Assembly: GCA_963748625.1 (NCBI GenBank)
Contig: CAVVJT010000007.1
Location: forward strand, 1,248,001 to 1,312,000
Length of the DNA stretch: 64,000 nt
Source of the DNA: an uncultured Chloroflexia bacterium
GTDB taxonomy: Bacteria; Chloroflexota; Limnocylindria; Limnocylindrales; CSP1-4
Direction of reading: 5' to 3'
Shown here: one piece after another, positions 29,445 through 40,253 of the stretch
Layout: each line of letters begins with the position of its first letter
Position numbering within the stretch: the first letter of the stretch is position 1
Program-made: the position numbers and the translations under genes
The notes under the pieces: model-generated
Databases searched by the model: none
The model's input: the letters and a program-made list of their open reading frames with translations, nothing else
What the model was told of the DNA's origin: nothing

Positions 29445-30440
29445 CTACTCAGCACGCGCCTGCGCCAAGGCGGCCGCTTGGGCATCACCCGGACGAAGTG
29501 ATCCGATCTCCCACAGTCGGAACACGACGCGGGCGAGGGTGGCGAGAGCCCAGGACAGATCAATCGCGACGGGAGTCGCGACCTCAGGCGACACCTGCCA
29601 TCTCCCGCCGATCGAGCGGGTAGCTTCTCCGAGGGTGTCGGTCAGCCGAGCAAAGTCGGCCGGTGGTAGTCCGAGGGCGATTGGCGTGACCCATGCCGAC
29701 AGGACCTTCAGGCGACGGCCCGTCACGTCGAACTGCTCGGCGAGTGCGCGATCGTTGGCGACGATCGCCCGATGGTCCGTCGATCCCGTCCCGGCCCCGC
29801 GGTATGGGGGCCGGTATGAGGCTGGTCGAGGGTCCTGCAAGCGGGGAGTCACTCGCCCGAGCATTATCCCTAGCGCGATCGAGGCGGCTTCCCTCGCCTC
29901 GGAGAGCTTTCCATCCGACATGCACCCCTCTGCTTCGATCATCTTGGCGGCGAGGTCCGGCGCGTCGACCTGGGACGCGACGGCGCGGAGGAGGCCTGCT
30001 CCGCTGGGAAGCACCGACAGGGCCGGCAGCGCTCGGCTCAGGATCTCCAGGAGCCCGGAGACTGCCAGCTGGGCCTCTTCGACGTCGCGTTGAGTGGCGT
30101 CATCGCCGTTGTGGACGACACCGTTCCGCCGCGTGTGTGTAAGGCGGATGACGCGGGCCAGGGTGCTTGGGATCGGGGTACCGGCCGAGGCGGACATCCT
30201 GGTCGCCAGTGCCAGCAAGTCTTCGTGGTGCGCCTTGGCCTTGACCGGTTCGCCGACCTGATCGGCAAGGATGCCCAGGATGGCCTCTGCTGCGGTATCG
30301 GCCGAGACGAGTGCCGCGCCCGCGCTCACTGGAGACAGGCTGGTGGCGAGCTCGCTAGAGGAGGACGCCAGCGACACGGCGATGAGCCAGCGTCGAACGA
30401 TGATCGCGTCAAGACGTGTAGCTTGCGGGTCTGTGACCAT
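29445..30440 (-). CDS. Hypothetical protein with a HEPN-like N-terminal domain
   Basis: [14 protein letters not shown] helix and R-N-x3-H motif (HTRRNGVVH). Confidence 0.6.
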   Translation of the reverse strand: MVTDPQATRLDAIIVRRWLIAVSLASSSSELATSLSPVSAGAALVSADTAAEAILGILADQVGEPVKAKAHHEDLLALATRMSASAGTPIPSTLARVIRLTHTRRNGVVHNGDDATQRDVEEAQLAVSGLLEILSRALPALSVLPSGAGLLRAVASQVDAPDLAAKMIEAEGCMSDGKLSEAREAASIALGIMLGRVTPRLQDPRPASYRPPYRGAGTGSTDHRAIVANDRALAEQFDVTGRRLKVLSAWVTPIALGLPPADFARLTDTLGEATRSIGGRWQVSPEVATPVAIDLSWALATLARVVFRLWEIGSLRPGDAQAAALAQARAE

Positions 30441-30524
30441 CTCGCTGCAAGTGTAGATGCGACCCCTCGGTGTGGGCGTGAGCGCTACCCTGCGATAACG
30501 CGTGACATCGGGAGGAGCGGACGC

Positions 30525-32527
30525 TTGGGGGACTCAGGACTCAACAACCACGCAGGGCTGATCTGGTCGATCGCCGACCTGCTCCGCGGTGACTACAAGC
30601 AGTCCGAGTACGGCCGCGTCATCCTGCCGCTCGTCGTGCTGCGCCGGCTCGACTGCGTGCTCGAGCCCACCAAGGCCCAGGTCCAGAAGCGCCTGGAGAC
30701 CGCGATCGGTCGAGAACGTCGGCGTCCTGCTCCGCGCGATCACCGGGCTCGATGTCTACAACACGAGCCGCCTCACCCTGCGGACGATCCTCGCCGACCC
30801 GGCCCAGGTCGCCGGCAACCTGCGCGCCTGGATCGCGGGCTTCGACCCCGACACCCGCGACGTCATCGAGAAGTTCGACTTCGACGCCCAGATCGGGCGG
30901 CTCGACCGGGCCAAGATCCTGTACCTCGTGCTGTCGCAAGGTGACCGAGGTCGACCTCCACCCGGACACCGTCAGCAACACCGAGATGGGCTACCTCTAC
31001 GAGGAGCTCGTCCGCCGCTTCTCCGAGCTCTCCAACGAGACCGCGGGCGAGCACTTCACGCCGCGCGAGGTCATCCGCCTGATGGTGGACCTCCTGTTCA
31101 TCGAGGACGACGAGGCCCTGCGCACCCCGGGCATCGTGCGCACCCTGCTCGACCCCGCGTGCGGCACGGGCGGCATGCTCTCGGTGGCGGCCGACCACCT
31201 GCATGCGCTCAACCCGGGCGCCCACCTCGAGGCGTACGGCCAGGAGCTCAACGCCGAGACGTACGCCGTCGGCCGCTCGGACATGATGCTCAAGGGCCAG
31301 GACGGCGCGGAACATCCGCCTCGGCAACAGCTTCAGCGAGGACCAGCTTCAAGGGCGAGCGCTTCGACTACTGCCTCGCCAATCCGCCGTTCGGGGTGGA
31401 GTGGAAGAAGGTCGAGCGCGAGGTCCGCGACGAGGCCGACAAGCTCGGCTTCAAGGGCCGCTTCGGCGCCGGCACTCCCGCGCATCAACGACGGCTCGTT
31501 CCTGTTCCTCCAGCACATGATCAGCAAGCTGAAGGCACCGGCCGAGGGCGGTGGCCGCCTGGCCATCGTCTTCAACGGCTCGCCGCTGTTCACCGGCGGC
31601 GCGGGCAGCGGCGAGAGCGAGATCCGGCGCTGGATCATCGAGAACGACTGGCTCGAGGGCATCGTCGCCCTGCCCGACCAGCTCTTCTACAACACCGGCA
31701 TCAGCACCTACTTCTGGATCGTCACCAACCGCAAGCGCCCCGAGCGCCGGGGCCTTGTCCAGCTGGTGGACGCGCGCGAGCTCTTCACCAAGATGCGCAA
31801 GTCCCTGGGCGAGAAGCGCAAGGCGATCAGCGACGACCAGATCGGCGAGATCGCGCGCCTCTACGGCGACTTCACCGAGGGCGAGCGCGTCAAGATCCTG
31901 CCCAACGAGGCCTTCGGCTTCCAGCGGATCACGGTCGAGCGGCCGCTGCGCAAGCGCTACTCCGTGCCGGCCGACTTCAGGACTGTCGCGACGCAGGCAC
32001 CCGGGTGGGCGGAGCTCAACTGGCACGACCAGCAGACCCTGCTGATGGCGCTGCACACGATCAACGGTATCGAGACCTCCGACCGCGGCGAGGTCGCGAC
32101 GGCAACCGAGATGATCGAGATGTTCTCCGGTGAGGCTGCCGATGTCATGTGGCAGGTGATCACCCGACCGGACAATGAGGCGCCGATCATCACCGACCGC
32201 AAGGGCACGCCGAAGGCTGATGCGAGCCTCCGTGACAACGAGAACGTGCAGCTGCCGTGCCCGGTCGAGGCGTTCGACGCCGACCCGACCGAACGGCTGG
32301 CATCCCGTTCGTATCGGGATGCCGTCGACGCCTACGTGACGGCAGAGGTCCACCCGTACGTGCCAGATGCCTGGGTGGATCACGCCAAGACGAAGGTCGG
32401 CTACGAGATCGCGCTCACCCGCCAGTTCTACCGCTACATGCCGCCTCGCCCCCTCGAGGAGATCGACGCCGAGATCCGCGCACTCGAGGAGGAGATCCAG
32501 CGACTCCTACGCGAGGTCACGACGTGA
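30525..32527 (+). CDS. hsdM: Type I R-M N6-adenine methyltransferase, several frameshifts
   Basis: [64 protein letters not shown]. Confidence 0.92.
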
Positions 32528-33762
32528 GGTGGGTGCGACTTCGTCACGTGGCTCGCGTCAATCCACCATCTCCCGCCTTCGACAGGCTCGAGGCAGACCG
32601 CGCTGTCACGTTCCTGCCTCTGGAAGCGGTATGGCCCGGCGGCCGACTGGATACATCAAGAACTCGCCTGAAGAGCGAGGTTGTAACCGGGTTCACTCGA
32701 TTCGAGCCCGGCGACATCTTGGTTCCCAAGATCACTCCCACATTCCAGGCCGATCGAACCGCGGTCGCTATCGGGCTGTTGGGGCCTGCCGGAGCTGGAA
32801 CCACCGAGTTGCACGTGGTTCGCCCGGGAGGCGAGATCGACCCCAAGTACCTTCTGTACTCGCTGTCTTCACGACACTTCCTGCGTGATGGCGAGGCAGC
32901 GATGTACGGGGTTGCGGGACAGCGGCGGGTGCCCGACGACTACATCCGAGACTTCCGCCTTGCGCTGCCTTCTCTCGCAACGCAACGGAATGTCGTTGCG
33001 TACTTGGACGCTGAGACCACGCGCCTCGACGGTCTAGTCACGGCCGAGCGCATGCGGATCGCGCTCTCCATCGATCGAGTTCAGACCGTTCGCGAGTCGC
33101 TGGTACTGGGGCGCACCCCGCGGGAGGTGCTCAACGACCCAGACGGCCCATTGGGGCCCGCTCCCGCTGGCTGGTCCATGCTTCGGAACAAGATCTTCCT
33201 CCGGGAGGTCGCACAGTTGTCCAGCACTGGCCTCGAGGAGCTCCTCTCGGTGTCACATCTGACGGGAGTGACTCCCCGGTCGGAGAAGGACGTCACCATG
33301 TTTCTCGCGGAGAGCAACGCTGGATACAAGCTCGTTGAGCCGACGGATCTCGTCGTGAACACGATGTGGGCTTGGATGGGAGCCCTTGGCGTGTCGGCCT
33401 ATGCCGGGATCGTGAGTCCTGCTTATGCGGTATATCGCTTCTTCGGACATGCGGTGCTGCCGCAGTACTTCGACGCTCTCGCCCGGTCCAGGGCCTACGT
33501 GGCTGAGATGACACGCTATTCGTCTGGCGTGTGGACGTCGCGATTGCGGATCTATCCAGATGCATTCCTCGCTCTGAGGAGCTTGGTTCCGCCCGTCCAC
33601 GAACAGCGCCGAATTATCCACGCCCTTGATGAGCTCAGCGTGGAGCAGGAGCGACTGATCTCGCTCTTGACACGTGCCGTCGACCTCCTCCTCGAGCGCC
33701 GCCAGGCGCTCATCACCGCCGCCGTGACAGGCCAGCTCGACATCCCAGGAGTCGCCGCGTGA
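32524..33762 (+). CDS. hsdS: Type I R-M specificity subunit
   Basis: Two TRDs with LPSLATQRNVVAYLD and PPVHEQRRII..ERRQALITAAVTGQLD; GTGA coupling at both ends. Confidence 0.93.
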   Translation: MRWVRLRHVARVNPPSPAFDRLEADRAVTFLPLEAVWPGGRLDTSRTRLKSEVVTGFTRFEPGDILVPKITPTFQADRTAVAIGLLGPAGAGTTELHVVRPGGEIDPKYLLYSLSSRHFLRDGEAAMYGVAGQRRVPDDYIRDFRLALPSLATQRNVVAYLDAETTRLDGLVTAERMRIALSIDRVQTVRESLVLGRTPREVLNDPDGPLGPAPAGWSMLRNKIFLREVAQLSSTGLEELLSVSHLTGVTPRSEKDVTMFLAESNAGYKLVEPTDLVVNTMWAWMGALGVSAYAGIVSPAYAVYRFFGHAVLPQYFDALARSRAYVAEMTRYSSGVWTSRLRIYPDAFLALRSLVPPVHEQRRIIHALDELSVEQERLISLLTRAVDLLLERRQALITAAVTGQLDIPGVAA

Positions 33763-36747
33763 AGGCAGACGAGCGCGGGTTCGAGGACGCCATCACGGCG
33801 TCGCTCGTCGAGGCCGGTGGGTACAGTGTTTGCAAGTGGGGCACCAGGGCCGAGTGGGCGGCCGACTTCGACCGCGCTCGCGCGCTCGACACCGCCGAGC
33901 TGTTCGTGTTCCTTGCCGAGACGCAACCCAAGGCATGGGAGCGCCTGGTGGCCGTCCACGGCGGCGAGGCCGGTGCACGGGCCCAGTTCGCAGACCGCCT
34001 CGCGAAGCAGATCGACGAGCGCGGCACGGTCGACGTCCTGCGCCACGGCGTCAACGACCACGGGATCGAGGTGCGCCTCGCGTACTTCCGGCCGGCGCAC
34101 GGCCTGACCCCCGAGCTCACGCACCTGTACGAGGCCAACCGGCTCACCGTCACCCGCCAGCTGCCCGTACGAGCCCGCCGGCACCAAGACCCTCGATCTC
34201 GCCCTGTTCGTCAACGGCATCCCGGTCGCCACGGCCGAGCTCAAGAACCCACTCACCCACCAGACCGTCGAGCACGCGAAGCACCAGTACCGGACCGACC
34301 GCAACCCCGCGAACCGGACCTTCCGCAATGCCCTCGTCCACTTCGCGGTCGACCCCGACACCGTCGAGATGACGACGCGGCTGGATGGGCCCAAGACCCG
34401 GTTCCTGCCCTTCAACCGGGGCAACGCCGGCGGACGGGGCAACCCGCCCGACCCGACGGGGCACCGCACCCGGTACCTGTGGGAGGAGCTCTGGGCGCGC
34501 GACGCCTGGCTCGACATCCTCGCCCGCTTCATCCACGTCATCCCGGGCGAAGGCGCCACCAAGCAGGCGAAGCTGCGCGCGGGCACGGTCATCTTCCCCC
34601 GCTACCACCAGTGGGACGCCGTCCGCCGGCTGGAGGCCACGGCGCGCGCCGAGGGTCCGGGCCACAGCTACCTCGTCCAGCACTCCGCGGGCTCGGGCAA
34701 GAGCAACACGATCGCCTGGCTCGCGCACCGCCTGATGAGCCTCCACGGCGCCGATGACAGGCCCGTGTTCGACAAGGTGGTCGTCATCACTGACCGGGTG
34801 ATCCTCGACCGCCAGCTCCAGGAGACGATCTACCAGTTCGAGCACGCGACGGGCGTCGTCGCCCGGATCGACCAGGACTCGGGCCAGCTCGCGGACATGC
34901 TCAAGGGCGAGCAGGGCCGGATCGTCATCACGACGCTCCAGAAGTTCCCGTTCATCCTCGACAAGGTCGCAGAGCTCGGGAAGCGGCGGTTCGCTGTCAT
35001 CGTCGACGAGGCGCACTCCTCCCAGACCGGCGAGGCCGCCAAGGGCCTGCGTGAGGCGCTCGGGTCCGCGTCGGCGGAGGCCGCGCTCGCCGCCGCGGAG
35101 GTCGCTGACGCGAAGGACGCCCCGGCCGACCCGCAGGACGCGCTCGCAGCCTCGGTCGCCGCGCGCGGCCGCCAGCCCAACATGAGCTTCTTCGCCTTCA
35201 CCGCGACCCCCAAGGCCCGCACCCTCGAGCTGTTCGGGCGCACCGACGCCGACGGCAACTACGCCCCCTTCCACCTCTACTCGATGCGCCAGGCGATCGA
35301 GGAGGGCTTCATCCTCGACGTGCTCGCCAACTACACGACGTACGCCGTGTACTGGAAGGTGGGCAAGGCGGTCGAGACGGACCCCGAGTACGACAGCCGG
35401 CGCGCGAAGGTCTCGATCGCGCGCTGGGCCTCGCTCCACCCGCACAACCTCGCCCAGAAGGCCGAGCTCGTCGTCGAGCACTCCCGCGACCACACCCGCC
35501 ACAAGATCGGCGGGAAGGGCAAGGCGATGGTCGTGACGTCCTCGCGCCTCCACGCCGTCCGCTACAAGCAGGCGATCGACACCTACATCGCGTCGAAGGG
35601 GTACGCGGACACGAAGGCGCTGGTCGCCTTCTCGGGCACCGTCGGCGACGGCGGGCTCGACTGGACCGAGGCGTCCATGAACGGCGTCCCCGAGAGCCAG
35701 ACCGCCGAGACGTTCGCCGGCCCCGACTACGGCGTGCTCGTGGTCGCCGAGAAGTTCCAGACCGGCTACGACCAGCCGCTCCTGCACACGATGTTCGTGG
35801 ACAAGGTGCTCACCGGCCTCAACGCCGTCCAGACCCTGTCGCGGCTCAATCGGATCCACCCCGACAAGACCGACACGTTCGTCCTCGACTTCCGCAACGA
35901 GGCGGAGGCGATCACCGAGGCCTTCGAGCCCTGGTGCGAGGCGACGGTCGCGGTCCCCACCGACCCCAACACCCTCCACGACATGGCGGACCGGCTCCTC
36001 GGGCTCCAGGTCATCGACATGACCGAGGCGAAGGCGATCGCGGCACTCATCGCGGACCGCACCGTCAAGGCGGGCGACCACGGCACGATCTACGCGCTGC
36101 TGGCGGCACCCGTCGAGCGGTTCAAGGCCATGGAGCCCGCGGACCAGCACGAGGTCCGCGATGCGCTCGACGCCTACGTGCGCGCCTACGCGTTCCTCAG
36201 CCAGGTGGTCGAGTTCGGCGACGTCGGCCTCGAGGCGGTCTACCTTGCCTCACGCGCTCTCGCGGCGGAGCTGCCGTCCGACGGCGGCGGGGTGCTCGAC
36301 CTCGGTGCCGAGGTGCAGCTCACGCACCTGCGCATCGAGAAGACCTCGGAGGGCTCGATCACCCCCGACGGCGGCTACGGCCCGATCGAGTCGCTGTACT
36401 CAGGGCAGGGCAGGCAGGTCGCCGAGGAGAAGGCGCACCTGTCCACGATCATCGAGGTCCTCAACGAGCGCTTCGGCACCGTGCTGGGCACCGCGGACCA
36501 GCTCTTCTTCGACCAGCTCGAGGAGACCTGGATGGCCGACGACCACCTGGTCGCCCAGGCGCAGGCCAACCCGATCGAGAACTTCCGCCTCGTGTTCCAG
36601 CCCCAGTTCCTGAAGAGCATCGTGGGCCGGATGGACGACAACGAGGACATCTTCAAGCGCGTCGTGGACGACCCGGACTTCCAGACCGCGGTGATGAACC
36701 ACTACTTGGCCCGGGTCTTCGAGCGGGCACGTGCCAACGTCGGTTGA
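33759..36747 (+). CDS. hsdR: Type I R-M restriction subunit, frameshift near 34170
   Basis: DLALFVNGIPVATAELKN, QHSAGSGKS, VIVDEAHSSQ, FTATPK, KFQTGYDQP. Confidence 0.93.
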
Positions 36748-36846
36748 GGCCTGCATGAGCACCGAGTTCGCGCGACTAGCTGAGCGCCCTTCTGGGGCCA
36801 GTGGCGAGTCACCTAGCGAGCGCAGGAACAGCGCCGGCGGAGGGTC

Positions 36847-38067
36847 ATGGTGAGCACGCCGCCCCATCTCTTGGCGCAGGAGCACGGAGTGCTCGGGGAG
36901 GCTCGTGTTCGCGCCTTCCTGCTGGAACGCTTCTGGGTGCACACGCGATCCATCGACCTTGATGGCGCTGACTTCCTCATCCAGGCCCGAGAACCAGCCG
37001 AACGTGACCCGAATGCACGCGTTCGCCTCGGTCGGGTGCAGGTGAAATTCGTTCAGAACGATCGAACGCCTATCTACATCCCCAAAGCCTACGTCTTCGA
37101 CCGGCTCGGCCTCCCCAGCAAGCTGTTCTTCTTGGTGATCTCAACTGGGACAGGAAGGAGCGCTCAACTCTTCCTGCTCGACGGCGAGCAGATAGCGCGG
37201 TGCTCTGCGCCGAAGACCCCTCCACCGGACCGGATCCGGATCGGGATGCGAGCGGTCTTGGAGAGTCAGGAGTTCGTGGTCACGGACTCCCGCGTGGCCC
37301 TTGAGCGCATGGAACAGGCTCTGCGGACGGTCGATCGCGACCGGTACGCGGCGTTCCTCGGCGCCTCATTCCCGGAGCGGGGGCGCCTCAAGCCTGAGTA
37401 TCTCCACCCGCTCCATGTAGACGAGGATCGGCTCGACAGGGCACTGGCCCGAATCCAGCGCGAGTTCGGCTCCATGGCGTGGGAGCTTGAGGCGGCTGCC
37501 GAGCTCCTCAGGCGCGCTGAGGCATCAGGCGACCTCCTCGAGATCGAGTCGATCTTGGACCAGGCAGAAGTCGCCGACCACATCTTGCCGGTTGGCTACG
37601 GAGACTTTCGGGTTGGGTTCAGCTCGAATCCTGGCAGGCTGGACGATCTGTTCGATGAGGTGCGCCGATATCGAGCTCGCGTCGAGCGGCTGGCAGGAGC
37701 CCACCTCCTGGCGCCGTTCGCAACCCTCGTTGGCGAGATCGAGGCCTCGCTCATCCGGGAGTTGCGCCGCTGCGGGAGCGCAGCGGCCGGCGAGGCTCTC
37801 GGCTGCAAGATCGAGTTCGACGGACAGACGTTCACCTTTCGATCGATGTCCTTCCATGAGGAGGTCACGGCACCGCTTGGTGGATCCTTCACCCTAAGCT
37901 CGCCCGGCCTAGTAGTGGGCCGCTTCCGAGTACCCGAGTACCCGCAGGCATCTCGGCCCAATCAGATCTCGAAGGAGACCACCTGGGAGGAATTCCTGGC
38001 CGTTGAGGCAGGCGAACTCGCGATCTGGATCGGTAAGGTCGTGGAAACAGCGCGGTTCGGCGACTAG
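36847..38067 (+). CDS. PD-(D/E)xK-like (DUF4365-like) N-terminal domain protein
   Basis: EHGVLGEARVRAFL..RSIDLDGADFLIQ..RVQVKF. Confidence 0.65.
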   Translation: MVSTPPHLLAQEHGVLGEARVRAFLLERFWVHTRSIDLDGADFLIQAREPAERDPNARVRLGRVQVKFVQNDRTPIYIPKAYVFDRLGLPSKLFFLVISTGTGRSAQLFLLDGEQIARCSAPKTPPPDRIRIGMRAVLESQEFVVTDSRVALERMEQALRTVDRDRYAAFLGASFPERGRLKPEYLHPLHVDEDRLDRALARIQREFGSMAWELEAAAELLRRAEASGDLLEIESILDQAEVADHILPVGYGDFRVGFSSNPGRLDDLFDEVRRYRARVERLAGAHLLAPFATLVGEIEASLIRELRRCGSAAAGEALGCKIEFDGQTFTFRSMSFHEEVTAPLGGSFTLSSPGLVVGRFRVPEYPQASRPNQISKETTWEEFLAVEAGELAIWIGKVVETARFGD

Positions 38068-38142
38068 CCAGCGGACGCCCCCGAAGGGTCGCTCGGTGTC
38101 TATCTTTGCCGCAATGCCACCTGCGTCATAGACTGAAGATAG

Positions 38143-39828
38143 ATGGCCCAGAAGCTACCGACTCCCGGAACTCTGACCGCCGCCCGACTTCGGCGGCTGA
38201 TCCGCGCGGGCGAGAACGACCTTGTCGAGTTCAAGGGCGAGCGCGCCTCCATCGCTGACATCGTCGATGCTGTCGTGTGCTTTGCGAACGGTGACGGCGG
38301 CCTCGTCCTCTGGGGCGTTGGCGACGACGGGGCGATCGAGGGCACCAACCTGCGCGATCCGCAGGCGCTCCGCAAGGGCGTGTTCAACGGGACGTCGCCG
38401 TCCCAGCTTGTGGAGGTCCAGGAACTCCTCGTCGATGCCAAGAAGGTCATCGGCGCCTGGGTCGAGCACTCGCCGGTCCTCGTGTCCACCACGAGAGGCT
38501 CGTACACGCAGCGCGTCGGTGCCGACTGTCTGCCGATGACGCCAGACCGGCTTGTGGTTCGCCAGATCGACACGCGTGCGCTGGATGTCTCGTCGGCCGT
38601 AACGCCTGTCGATCTGGACGGGATCGATCTTGTCGAGGTCGAGAGGTTTCGCCGGCTGCTGCCGTCGGACGAGGCCGGAGAAGGACTGCGCCGACTGGAG
38701 ATGCCGGCCCTGCTTGCCGCGATCGGGGCCACCGCGAAGGTTCGCGGCCGGACGGATGCCGTAACTGTTGCCGGACTCCTCATCTTCGGTCGCGAGGAGG
38801 AAATCCGAGCGGTCATCCCTCAGCACCAAGTGGTCTACGTTCGCTCGCCCGAGGGAACAACGGACTACGAGCGTCGCGTGGTTTCCTCCCAGCCGATCCT
38901 GCGGCTCCTCGAGCAGCTGAGTCTGGAGATTTCGGCCGCTGGCAAGTCCCGCACACTGCGCGTGGGTCCTCGCGACCTGGAACTCCCGGACTACCCAGAG
39001 CGGGTCCTGCGCGAAGCGATCATCAATGCAGTGGCGCACCGGCACTACACGCTTCCCGGCGACATCGTCATCCGCCAGACGTCCGTTTCGCTCGAGATCG
39101 AGAATCCCGGAGGCTTCCCGGAGGGTATTGACCCCGACAGCGTCATCCAGCACGCTCCCGTACATCGGAATCGCCTGCTCTGCGAGCTGCTGGATCGCGT
39201 CCGCGTCATGGAGCGCTCTGGCCTCGGCGTGGATCGCATCTTCGAGGATCAGCTCAAGTTCGGCAAGGTTCCTCCGACGTATGAAGCCGACCGCAACTCC
39301 GTCCGGCTGCGTCTTGATGCACGCGAGTTCGACGAGTCGTTCGCACGCATGGTGTTCAACGAGGAGCAGGCAGGAAGGCGATGGCGCGTCGAAGACCTCC
39401 TTGTCCTCTCGCACCTGCGGCGCATGGGACCATCAGATCGGGCGGTTCTCGCGAGGGTAATGCAGCGACCGGAGCGCGATGCGCAGGACATCCTCACGAG
39501 TTTGCTGGGCGAGCTTGTCGTCCGATTTGGCGCCGGGCCGGGCACCAAGTACGTGCTCAGCGCCCAAGCCCAGGCGAGCCTCGGCGCGGAGGGTGCGTAT
39601 ACGCGCGAGCGCGGGCTCGCGAAGGAGACGCAGCGGCGCCTAGTGCTTCAACATGCCATCGAGTTCGGCCGTGTGGACAACAAGGCGGTCAGGGAGATGC
39701 TCCAGATATCGGCCCGCGACGCGACGCAGCTCCTCCTCGCGCTCGAGGCACGCGGCCAGTTAGTGATGCGCGGAGCGAGGCGATGGGCCTACTACGAGCC
39801 CGTGGACCAGCAGACGCTTCCTCTATGA
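38143..39828 (+). CDS. Schlafen/AlbA_2 + HATPase_c_4 (RecG_C-like) + wHTH protein
   Basis: GENDLVEFK, CFANGDGGLVLWGVGDDG, YPERVLREAIINAVAHRHY, IENPGGF, MERSGLGVDRI. Confidence 0.92.
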   Translation: MAQKLPTPGTLTAARLRRLIRAGENDLVEFKGERASIADIVDAVVCFANGDGGLVLWGVGDDGAIEGTNLRDPQALRKGVFNGTSPSQLVEVQELLVDAKKVIGAWVEHSPVLVSTTRGSYTQRVGADCLPMTPDRLVVRQIDTRALDVSSAVTPVDLDGIDLVEVERFRRLLPSDEAGEGLRRLEMPALLAAIGATAKVRGRTDAVTVAGLLIFGREEEIRAVIPQHQVVYVRSPEGTTDYERRVVSSQPILRLLEQLSLEISAAGKSRTLRVGPRDLELPDYPERVLREAIINAVAHRHYTLPGDIVIRQTSVSLEIENPGGFPEGIDPDSVIQHAPVHRNRLLCELLDRVRVMERSGLGVDRIFEDQLKFGKVPPTYEADRNSVRLRLDAREFDESFARMVFNEEQAGRRWRVEDLLVLSHLRRMGPSDRAVLARVMQRPERDAQDILTSLLGELVVRFGAGPGTKYVLSAQAQASLGAEGAYTRERGLAKETQRRLVLQHAIEFGRVDNKAVREMLQISARDATQLLLALEARGQLVMRGARRWAYYEPVDQQTLPL

Positions 39829-40253
39829 CATGGCTCTAACTTGGCGCGACATAGACCGAAGATAGGCTCGAGTCGCGGTACGGCCGACACTCGAGGTACA
39901 GATCGCGGTCCGGGGAACTCGTATGCCAGGCGACGCGCCAAATTGGGGGATCCTGTGTATGGACCTCCTTGGTTCGATGTGGCACGATGCGGTCCGCTAG
40001 GGAGTCTGGCCATGGCTCTGAGCGCTGAGCCCCATCCCGGCGCACCAGGGGACACACATCGGATGTCCACGGAACATCGTCCGATCACAGCGACGACGCG
40101 GGTGTCGATCCTTCCGTTCGGCCGGAGTGAACTACGGATCACCGAGAGTCCGATGGCTCCCGTCAAGGACTCCCCCGAGATGATCCGCCGCCTCCCTGAG
40201 GTGACGTTGAAGACACATTTGGTGCGGCCGGCCGTGCGGGCAATCCGACAGGG

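Noticed and set aside
34150-36150. Long antisense ORFs (also 41823..44126, 43382..45541 and others)
   Set aside because: Shadow ORFs of GC-rich genes on the opposite strand, with no recognisable motifs.
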